Source: Chiloscyllium plagiosum (Eukaryota). Taken from it: a stretch of 64,000 nucleotides of DNA. The stretch lies in contig NC_057719.1 in assembly GCF_004010195.1 (NCBI RefSeq), positions 26,064,231 to 26,128,230 on the forward strand, written 5' to 3'. The translations under genes were made by a program, and so were the position numbers. Shown here one piece after another: positions 26,282 to 36,996 of this stretch. The notes below the pieces were generated by a model, which saw only the letters and a list, made by a program, of their open reading frames with translations, searched no databases and had not been told where the DNA came from. The stretch's first letter is position 1, and the number at the start of each line of letters is the position of its first letter.

Positions 26282-26869
26282 TCCCTTACTGCAGCTGCGC
26301 CTCATAGTATCCATCTGTGTGATGGTGACAATACTGACCCTGAGGTGTAAGTGTTTCTTTACTTCTATTCTTTTCAGTCTGTAACTGTGCCATTTATTTT
26401 AATGTTTTCCCATTGCCTACCAGGGATTTGAATTTTGTTCATGGGACTTCTAATGTCCATTTACTCAACGTGGCTGAGCCTTTAGCTTGAACTGCTCCTA
26501 GCAGAATCCAATGCAATCTGTCTGATGTGACTAGTGTATCAACTCCATGTAGTTCCCAACCCACACTTGCTCCTGTGCAGCTCTTGGTAGATTCTGACTT
26601 GTAGAACTCGCTGCAAGTTTGTTTGCTGCATGTGCTGCAAATTGTCTGACCAAGTTGCTCTTAAAGCTGTAACTAGAAATTTCCTCTGGGTTCACCGAGT
26701 TTGTTGTGGGCAGCTGAATTGGATTCTAATCTGTCCTGCTGCATACCATGTCTAATGAGCATGCAACTCCAACTGCTGCCAATGTGTAGTTGGGGAGATT
26801 GCTGCAACTATGCTCCTTTTCTGATTGGGTCTAAATAGAAACAGCAAGGAACTACTTATCTTCACCCAG

Positions 26870-27340
26870 CAGCGCTGATGCCCTCATACTGATACCACCT
26901 GGTATTGATGCCTCATTGATTCTAATACCTACTGGTCCCATTAACTTGCCAAAAGTGATACCTACTGGTAAGGATGCCTCACAAATACTCTTTTTGCAAT
27001 CTTTGTACTTTGTTCTTTCATTGGACTTTGTCTGCTTAGGCTTTATTGCTTTATGTCTGGCCTTGTGATGTTCCTGGTGCTCTGACTTTGGCTTAAATTA
27101 CTCCCACGGCTCTTGATTTCCCTTACTGTAGCTACATCTCATACTATCCTTACCTTATTACATCAATACCTATTAGAATTGAAACTTTACTAATACTGAT
27201 ACCAATTGGTACTGATATATCTCTAATACTGATACCTGTTGGTACTGATATTCCATTAATACTGGTGATTCCTCATACTGAAATCTCATTAATACTGATA
27301 CCTCACCAATACCAAACCTACAGATACTGATAGTGCACTA
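26870..27340. repeat. Degenerate 33-bp minisatellite (two blocks)
   Basis: ctaatactgatacc(aat/tgt)tggtactgatat units at ~27150-27340; related units at ~26870-26990. Confidence 0.7.
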
Positions 27341-28759
27341 ATATTTATATAGCAGTATGAGAGTGTGACATCCATCACCCACCCCTTTCTTCTCAATTTA
27401 TTTGCCACTTTTCATGACTAACATTCTGAAGCACTGTTGAGACTTTAAAATTGTAATTGCAAAATTCATTTTCAAAAGAAGACCGATGCAGCCAAGACTG
27501 ACCTGTGGATGTAAAACGAAGTGGCTGTCTGGAAAGATGACCCACAGAATGTCACACTTGAAGATACAGAGGGAACTTTAAATAACAAACCTTCTAAAGG
27601 GGAACAGGCAAGTCAAAACAGACTGGACTGTGATCTCTTGTGACTACAGAGACAAAAGGAATTAGAATCATTGAACAAACTGTGTAGACATTGTGGGAGA
27701 GAGTGGATACATGACTCAGTAGGAGAGACCAGGATTAGAGACAAGAAAAACTTTATGGTTTCAGCATTAGATTCATCAGTTGGGCATGGAGGTGTGTGGG
27801 ATTAGACTTCAGTTGTCAGAAAGGAAGTAGAGTTATAACTGCTGCTTTATGTTAGCACACATCCAATTAATGTTCAGTTTTATCCCCAACAAACAAACTC
27901 TGTAGATTCTCTAATAATCTGTGTGCCATAGAGAAGAATGAAAAGTCATTTTGCTTTGTTAACAAGATCTTGGACAAATCAAAACAAGGATCTTTGACAT
28001 CTTTGACATTATTGTTACGGTTTAGAAATTATGCTGAACAACATCACCTGATATTTCCTTATGGGGGTGAAGTGTCGAATTTTGTTTGATGATGTTCCTG
28101 TGATGCATCTAGGAACATTTTACAATGTTAAAAAGTGGTTTATAAACGCAAATAGTTGCTGAAACTACAGAGAAACTACAGAGACTGATTGGATTGCTCT
28201 TTGACAGAACCACTATAACACAATTGGCTGAATGTTTCTTTATGTTCAATAAGATTCATCCATTAGAGTAATTCCATTACAAATAGTTGATATCAAAGGT
28301 GATTTTTCTGACATTACAACTGCACGTTATGGATTGCTTGCACAATAGAGAAAATTTGCTGGAGTGAATTTTGTGTCCAGAACTCCACATATTTTTTCTC
28401 TCCATTAATTTAAATGGATGGGAAATTTAAAGACTCATTTTGTGCAATTCTTTGAACTGTCCTCAGTCTGCTGTGCCAACGGTGTGGCATTAAAACCCTC
28501 CCCATTTGAAAATATGTACCTAGTCTGCCTTGCTCCAATGGCAAATTACACATCCTCGAAGAAAATGATTGCAACTTCAGTGTCAAAGCTGCCGTTGTCC
28601 TTGGAGAAATTACACCACTTGCTGACAGATTTTTCATTTACTGATCAGCAAAACTTTCAGAGATAATGCAAGGACTTCAACCATGAGCTTGTTCAGAAGT
28701 TACATTTATGCTGAAGTCTGCACTGTATCTAACTCAAGCTGTAAAGCAGTAACATTTGA

Positions 28760-29050
28760 AATTGAGGCCTCATTTGTCCTTTTAAGTGAACGTACACGAT
28801 CCCATGGCATGATATTGAAGAAGAAATTATTGTGTTCTATCTGGTGGTCTGGCCAATATTAATCTAAAAACCAACATCCCGAAGCAATGGTCTGATCATT
28901 GTGGTATTGCTGCTTGTGGCACCTTATTAAACCATATTTCTTGCCTTCCAACCATAATTGCACTTCAAAATTACTCCTGTGGTTGTAAAGTACTTTGAGT
29001 TCCGAGCTCATGAAAAACAATACTGTAAATAAATGCAAATTTTACTCATT
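28760..29050 (+). mobile_element. DeuSINE 3' part
   Basis: gatcccatggca..gaagaaga..ctggccaatatt..cacttcaaaa..tgtaaagtacttt..taaatgcaa. Confidence 0.65.
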
Positions 29051-29726
29051 TTATTTGCATATCTCAAACTAATATCTGTTCAGTACATTTTATGCTGGTG
29101 TTTACTTTATCTTTTGCTCATCTAATAAAAATCCAGTAACACCTTATATCTACTCCCTACAGGAGATATATTTCCCCTCTATAAGTAAGTCAGCTATTGA
29201 AAATATATCTAGCAGCTTAGCAAAGGAAATATATACATACCAGAGATCTGTACTTGCTTAATGCAATATTTAGACACAAGCGTGCACTTCCCTATATTTC
29301 AGAAACCTTTCAGCAAGAACTATTGGATATTCGGTGACAGCAAAAGATCTACCTAATGTCACTTATTGAAGATAGATAGGATGAAACTGAAAGCTGCATA
29401 ACCATAACATGGCACGTTTGAGATTGTAAACATTAATTGTTAGATAAAGCTAATATAATTAAGAGGGATTGCAAGACACCTAAGGAGATGACAAACTGAA
29501 AATTTTAGCCTTAAAGTACAACATGAAATTTTATCTGATTTGAAATCAACTGAATCAATGTATCTCTTTACTGAAACACGTAATGTGAAAAACAGCATAA
29601 AAAGGAATTGAAAGAGAAAATGGTAGACTCATTTGCAGGCCAGGTCAGACAACATCTGTGGAGATAGAAGTAAAGTTATTGAGCTGAATTAGGGATAGTA
29701 CTGATCAGTTCCCTCAATCTGATTGA

Positions 29727-29870
29727 TTTGGAGATATCGGTGTTGGACTGGGGTGTCCAAATTAAAAATCACACAACACCAGGTTATAGTCACCACCTGA
29801 TGAAGGAGCGGCGTTCTGAAAGCTAATGCTTCCAATTAAACCTGTTGGACTGGTGTTGTGTGATTTTTAA
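29727..29870. mobile_element. Palindromic Penelope-derived family B copy with hammerhead motif
   Basis: CTGATGAAGGAGCGGCGTTCTGAAAGCTA at 29797-29825; inverted arms; TSD ctcaatctgattga at 29713-29726 and 29871-29884. Confidence 0.8.
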
Positions 29871-30109
29871 CTCAATCTGATTGACTGCCAGTTCTTATAG
29901 TACCAGCGCTTCCCAGAATGCAGTAGCTGTTGGGACATCAAGTATCCCCACAAAGAAGATCAATATCAAATGCTGGCTTTTTTTGGGCAGGGAGGGATCA
30001 GGCAGCCTCAGAAGGGAGAAAGAATGTAAGGATGGTGGTGGGTTTTGGAGTGAAGCGTGGACGCATAAAGGGGGATATAATCTCAGGACAGGAAGACACA
30101 ATGTGCACA

Positions 30110-30335
30110 GGCTAGACCAAGTTCCTTCCCTAAAATGACATTAGTAACCAAATGGGCATCCCCCAACAATTGATAATGGTTTCATGGTCATCATTAGACT
30201 TCCAGGACATTTTTTAAAAATTGAATACAAATTCCATCATAAGCCATAGTGGGATTTGAACACAAATCCCCAGAGCATTACCTGGGTCTCCAGATTAATA
30301 ACCTAGTGATAATAGGAGTATGGCATCACCACCCC
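30110..30335 (-). mobile_element. tRNA-derived SINE (family unnamed; related copies ~395-580, ~5960-6572, ~46700-47015)
   Basis: Shared ggtttcatggtcatcatt...gtgggatttgaac...cagagcatta...ctagtgataata; B-box-like gttcaaatcc on the minus strand. Confidence 0.65.
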
Positions 30336-31384
30336 ACTCATTCCTGGGGGTATATGCTTTTTCTCCTGTCACATTCCAGCTGTAAGTGGCTTCCTTGTTA
30401 GATTTTTCATATTTTCTTCCACGCTGCTATTCTGTTATTCCACCTGACCTGGACAGTTTCTCCTCTTGCATCATCATCACTCGCTTTTGCCTTGCACTAT
30501 CATTTCTTTGTCATTAAATCACTCCAATTCTCCCCACCATCATGCATCTCTTTTAACTAATCCCTGACACTCTTTTCCCTGGCTTTGTACTTGATTAAGA
30601 GCTGTTCATCTTACTAACGTCCTGAAAAGTCATCAACCTGAAAGGGTAACTCCCTTTCAATTTCTGTCGATGTTCTCTGAACCTCTTGAACTTTTCCAAC
30701 ATTCTTTTACTATGCTTTAATGTCACACTTCCAGGATCCACAGTATTTTGCTTTATGTAAAACAACGAAGACAAGCTAATACAGTCAAATCCTTGCACAA
30801 GCAGCAGTGTTGTTTGCAGCTATAAATATGGTTTATGTATTTAGAGAAATAGAAAATCCTTTCATGGATGGAAACACAGCTGAGCAGGTTTTCAATGACA
30901 TTTAGAGATTATACAAACTAATCCTCGGCAATGCAATGTGTGTGATTTGGAAAACCTGACTAACATTTTCCATTGAGAATAAGTTTCTAAATATAAAGAA
31001 AATATGTTCGGCCACAAGAAAACAGACATGATGAATATAGAAGGATTCAGATTTTCAGTAAAACATACAGCCATGGAGTTTCCATTTGTTACAAAGTACA
31101 ATATGGATGCAATTCACCAAACTAGTAGAAAATAAATCTTAGAATTTTAGACAAAGGTGAGTTAGAAAATTACAAAATCAATGGTGGGAATAGACAACAT
31201 CGCTTGACCATTGTGACTTAAATTCTCTGATCACTCTCCTCCCATTCTGCTAAATTTCATCTAGTCTCGTAGTCACGTAGTCTCCTTGACCAAGTGGAAA
31301 AACCACTGCAAAAAGGGAATGTTTAATACTGATTTTAACTCTGTTTAAGTGTACAGGTTTTGAGTGAATTAAAGTCAGGCCAAA

Positions 31385-32030
31385 GTGTCAAGTGTAACAC
31401 TCTTATCTCTGAAAGAACATTGTTGGTTAACGTCCCATTGTAAATTCTGAATTCATAAATCAAATGGAGTTTGGAGGAAGTGCTGCACTGTCAGAGGTAC
31501 TGCCTTTGGAGAAGACATCATGCTAAAGCTTGGTCTAGCATCTCAGGTGCACGATAAGATCCCATAGCATGATTTGACAAGGGTAGGATAATGTGTGGTG
31601 CAGTAATAAAGGACTATGCAAATTATGATTGTGTAACTGATAAGGTGAAATCAGGATAGCAGAAAAGAAAAATGTGAACATATAGTGAGAGGTCTTAGTC
31701 ACTTCACTGGAGAGCTGTATTCATCAGCCTGGAATGGATCGATGTAGATAAAGTGTGTTAGAATACAGGAAAGAGTGACAGATCCTTACTTGAAGATAAG
31801 TAGCTAGCATTATGACATGTAAACATGCACAACCCAGAATAACTCAGGAAAAGCATCTAACAATGCTCATAGCAGAAGATTCTCTGGTCACTATCACATT
31901 GTGCTTGGGTGAGATTAGTTTTTGCAAATTGCCTGATGTTATAACAGCATCTACACTTCAAAGCTGCTATTTCAGTGCTATTTGGGATGTCCTATGGGCA
32001 CAAAGGGTGTTGAAATGCAAGTGTTGTTTT
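31385..32030 (+). mobile_element. DeuSINE, split (~31385-31580 and ~31880-32030)
   Basis: ggaagtgctgcactgtcagaggtactgcc..ctcaggtg..gatcccatagca; ctggtcactatcacattg..ctacacttcaaa..aaatgcaagt. Confidence 0.6.
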
Positions 32031-34212
32031 TGTCAAGCTAAGTCTCTCTAATCTCTCAAGTGATCAAAGTTCTGAAGCTCAAGGGTGATCTGCAAAAGTC
32101 CTTACCTTCTACAGGATGCGATCTCTGCCCCAATCTGGATCTGACCCAGGTCCATTTGGAAAGTCAGCACTACCACAGCCAGACATTTATTCCAGAGGTT
32201 CACAATTCTCTTGCAAGATACCATAATCATAAACCTTTACATGAATTCAAGATTCAATTCATTTAGTCCAGGATCCTCCCTCAAAACTAATAACATATAG
32301 TGCAATGATTCAGGAGGCTCTTTAAAATGAGTTGAATTCATTTGTGGAGAGAGCATATTCTAAAATCTATTTCAATCAAAATATGTTTTAATGTAGAAGT
32401 TCCAGACCAGTGAAATTTTGAAATGGTTCTGTGTAGGTTCTTCTTAAAACAAGTCATTTAATCAAATTGTTCACAGATGAAGAATAGGACACCTTTATTA
32501 AAGATACGTATTCTTAGTCATAAAACCATTTTCAGCTGTACTAATGACACTGCGCCAGGTTTGTGCCCTTAAATACAGCAAAAAATATTTTTATTGGTAA
32601 GATATGCAAGTCAACAATTATGTTCTACTGCACTGATTGCATTAGTTCGTGGAGCATTTCATGTTTGTGATTATGCAAATACATTTTAGCAGAATCTTGA
32701 ACTGTAGGTGTAATTATTAGTGCATTTGGAACAAAATTCCATGAGACAGTCTAGAATGAAAACATGACCCTATCACTCCCTCTTTCCTGAGCACAAAACT
32801 AGAATATTTATAATAAGAACAAATAAAGCTGAAAGACTCAACAGGTCAGAATTCTTCTGAAAGGTCCTCGATGAGGTACATTAACTTAATTTGTCTCTAC
32901 AGATTCTGCCTGACATATCGGGTTTGCCAGCTGATATTGTTCTTATTTCAGATTTCCAGAATTTGCTTTGTATTAGTAGGATATTAAACGTCTTCTAAAA
33001 GAACTAGGAAATTCTTTATTACTACCCACTAAGTACTACAGTCATGATGTAGATCACACAATTATCTGGGAAATACTTTCATTTCAGAAATATGATTAGT
33101 TCCAGACCTACCTAGGAAAAGTAGTTTGATTGTTCACTTTTAACCCTTAATGAACATATTGACCATTCATTTCCACAAGGGGCTTTTCACAATTTTTTGC
33201 CGCGACTTCAATTGGACACTCTGTGGAAACCCCAATGATACAGCATTCATAACTTTGTCCAACCTTTTTCTAGATTCTGACTGAAGTTACAGCAGGAGAT
33301 CAGGAGAACCTCGTAAAGATTCAAGAGCATTTTGTCCAGGCTCAAAATAAGTAAACAGACCAATACATTTCAGACATTCCATTTGAAATGTAGGCCATTC
33401 AAAATTCTTAAGTGGTTGTTCTAACAGTTGTATAAAGGGCTAAGGTGTAATTCAAGCCTGGAGAATAATGGTTTTGCTGGCACTTTGATAATTGGGAAAG
33501 GATGGGGTAAAGCTTGTAAATAAAAGTAATTCCTGTTTGATTTGGGTCCCATTCATTTGTTTGATAACTGTGGACAAAATTCACATGTATCTTGTTTGGT
33601 AAAGTATATATTCAGCAACCTCCTAAAAATTATGAAAACACATTAGAGCACATATTGAGATAAGCTGACATACAGTGATCTCAAGCAGGTAAAGATATAT
33701 TCCAAGATATAGAGTAAATGTGAAAGAAAGAAACACGAGGTACAGAAAAAGATAGAACAAGTGAAACAGAGAAAGGTAGAAGAGGGAAATAAAGAGAAAG
33801 AAAAAAAGAACAGAACTAACTTGCTTACATCTAGCAGAGCCTGAGAATGTTCCAAATTGCTTAAGTGTAAATATTGTTGTAGTGTAGGAAACCCCCCTGC
33901 TCTTATTTAAAATAATAACATATAAATTGTTATGACCCCCTGAGGGACAGTTTAACATCCAATTCAAGAGATGGCATTACCAGCAGCAAAGAACTCCCCG
34001 AATTCTGAACAGGGGGATGAGTCATGGTTTTGTGCATAAGGCTCTGGAATGGGACTTAAACCCACAGTCTTAGAGCTGAAAGGTAAGAGGACTCCCTATT
34101 GAGCTACATCTGACACGGAAGCAGAATAATATCTGGTCATTGAGACCAATTACAGTAATTAATTCCAATTAAATCTGAAGTCCAAAAATGATAGTGAGCT
34201 GTTTATTCAGAC

Positions 34213-34566
34213 TTCTCCAGTTTCCTCATTTCCCCTCCCCCCACCTTGTCTCAGTCAAATCCCTCGAACTCAGCACCGCCTTCCTAACCTGCAATCTTCT
34301 TCCTGACCTCTCCGCCCCCACCCCACTCCGGCCTATCACCCTCACCTTGACCTCCCTCCACCTAACGCAATTCCAACGCCCCTCCCCCAAGTCCCTCCTC
34401 CCTACCTTTTATCTTAGCCTGCTGGACACACTTTCCTCATTCCTGACGAAGGGCTTATGCCCGAAACGTCGATTCTCCTGTTCCTTGGATGCTGCCTGAC
34501 CTGCTGCGCTTTTCCAGCAACACATTTTCAGCTCTGATCTCCAGCATCTGCAGTCCTCACTTTCTC
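34213..34566 (+). mobile_element. Longest family A Penelope 3'/pLTR copy, with intact hammerhead core
   Basis: Pyrimidine-rich 3' region, then CTGACGAAGGGCTTATGCCCGAAACGTC (34443-34470). TSD ctgtttattcagac at 34199-34212 and 34567-34580. Confidence 0.85.
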
Positions 34567-35422
34567 CTGTTTATTCAGACATCCAATGCAGTCTATAAAA
34601 AATTGCTTCAATATAAATATTGATAAAACTGAAACTCTTGAAGTAGCGCAATCCATTGAAGTCCGTCTTAATGTATTTTAAACAGCCATAGGATTATACA
34701 ACAATGTAGCACCAAAATTACCATTCGCCCAAGCCAGTCAGCAGGGCTGTTTTTCTCCATGAACCACTAACGTTAAAGTTCAATGTTAATCTTCTTTGTA
34801 TATTGTGTTTGTAGAAACAACAATCTAGATTTCTGCTTGGTTTTTCTCCTGACCTTTTCCATACATTCTTAATGATTTTATATCTGGTTGGCAACATTTC
34901 TTTGAGTTTTTACTCCATTTTAAATCAGCCATCTTAATTTTATTTTCTTTCTCCTTTCTTAATCCTAAAGTATGTTAGTTCCCAGTTTCGATTCCTATTT
35001 TGATAAGCTATCTCTGTCCTCCAATATCTTTCCCAAACTCCACTGCAATTTGCCACAGCTACTATCCACTTCACTACATCTCTGGTAATTTTGTCTCTTG
35101 CAAATTTCAATGTTGTTCCTCATGTTCCTCTGACCAAACTATTTGTGCAATTGAATTAGATTTCTACTTTCCTATGTTGAAGATGAAAATTCTGCTGCAA
35201 TGCCAAATGTTAGTAGTAACTGTTCCACTGCAAATTCAGCTTGAGAATGACATTAAAGTTCAGGTCATGGTGGAAGTGTGGAGGAATTTGGAATGGCAAT
35301 ATGTTCATTCATGACTTCAGCTTAAAATTGCCATATTGCATCTGATGGATTACTTGCAGTACCTTGCAATTCTTTTTTTTGATAATTAAGATGAGAATTC
35401 AGTTGGCAGCAGAACTACATTT

Positions 35423-36420
35423 TAATTGAATTGAATTGAATTTATTGTTATGTGTACTGAGGCACAGTGAAAATCTTTGTCTTGCGAGCAATGCAGGCAG
35501 ATCACATTGTTAAGTAGCATAGATAAGTAAATAATAGGTTAACAGCGGCAAAAACAAAAACACAGGTACAGGCGAATCTTAACAGTTTGTGAGTCCATTC
35601 AGTATTCTAACAACAGGACGGTAGAAATTGTTATGAAACCGACTGGTGTGTGTGTGTTCAGGCTTCTGTACCTTCTCCCTGATGATAGACGTTGTAGAAA
35701 AACATTGTCAGGGTGGGATGGATCTTTGAGAATCCTGGCGGCCTTTTGTTGACAGTGGGCCTGGTTGATGGATTCTATAGACGGGAGGTTGGCCTTTGTG
35801 ATTGTCCGGGCTGAGTTCACCACTCTCTGTAACTGTCTCCGATTTTGAATGGTACAGTTGCCATACCAGGAAGTGATACATCCAGACAGAACGCTCTCGA
35901 TGGCGCACCTATAAAAGTTGGCAAAGGTATTCACCGTCATGCCAAATTTCCTCAGATGCCTGAGGAAGAAGAGATGTTGTTGGGCCTTTGTAACCAGTGC
36001 GTCCACATGAAGAGTGCAAGAAAGCTTGTTGTAGATGACCACTCCTGGGAGCTTGACACTCTCCACTCGTTCCACCTCTGTGCTGTTAATGTGTAGGGGG
36101 GCATGAGTAACATCCCGCCGAAACTCAATAATGCGTTCCTTGGTTTCGCTGGCATTGAGAGCTAGGTTGTTCTCAGTGCACCATGTTTCCAGGTGCTCCA
36201 CCTCCCATCTGTAGTCTGTTTCGTCGCCATCTGAGATTCGACCGACTATGGTGGTGTCATCAGCGAACTTATAAATGACATTAGTCTGGTATTTGGTGAT
36301 GCAGTCATGGGCATACAATAAGTACAGTAGGGGGCTGAGTACGCACCCCTGCTGAGCTCCAGTGCTGAGTGTTAGTGAGAATGAAATATTGTCCCCAATC
36401 TTCACTGATTGTGGCTTGTG
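35423..36420 (-). mobile_element. Rex1/Babar LINE, 5'-truncated, RT C-terminal half still open
   Basis: 268-aa ORF with GAQQGCVLSP, KFADDTT, KAQQHLFFLRHLRKFG; (CAATT)n tail. Confidence 0.9.
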
Positions 36421-36996
36421 TAGAATTCTACATGGGTTCTTTTTTGTCTATAACGCAATTTTAGATCGTTTTCCAAACCCAGAACAGAGTCAAATTAGAA
36501 ACGAGACCAACAAAGTCAAAGAATTGTGGATCCTTTTTAGCAAGTGTCCCAGGGATAGCCTGATAATTTACAATAAATACCATCAGTAATGAGGCAGTAC
36601 TGGATTATTAGTGATAACGTCTCACTCGAAAATGGTGCAAAATACATGGACTGTATTAACTGCCTTTCAGTTCAAGTAGATTTTTAATTACTTTCTAATT
36701 AAAATCCAACTTTTTCATAATTTTACTAGTAAAAGCATCGAGAGGTGACAGCACAGAAGGCTGCCATTTGGTCCAATGTGATCATTTGACCCACTATGTA
36801 AGATCTCTGAAAGAACAGCTCACTCAGAAACACACCCCTCCCCTAAAAATGCGTACTCTTCAGCTAATTATTTGATTATCTTTGAAAGCCACAAGTGAAT
36901 CGACCTCTATCACACTGTCGACCAGTGAATTCCAGAACCTATTTATTGTTTGTCCTCAAGTCTCTATTGTACCTTTACCTTTGCCTTGAAGAACTC

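Larger units (their letters stand above)
23350..26860 (-). mobile_element. Highly decayed LTR-retroelement pol (RNase H-like/connection region plus integrase), ERV- or Gypsy-like
   Basis: Frameshifted motifs in pol order: SYSFKSNLVR/STCSKQLAA (~26620-26674), WILLGAVQAKGSATLSKWTL (~26451-26510), H..KG..GIYVTFK-LQATGFSWLG (joined across the Penelope insertion), FKPRKIKQNWDT (24136-24171), in-frame MRVEQQN (24040-24060), KVDFTWREPF (~23560-23590). Confidence 0.6.

Noticed and set aside
27364..28120. Possible solo LTR starting tgtgaca
   Set aside because: Could not define a 3' terminus, TSD, PBS or second copy.
33620..33970. Hydrophobic minus-strand ORFs and K/E-rich plus frame
   Set aside because: A purine-rich low-complexity tract explains the composition; the plus frame has stops and no convincing splice context.
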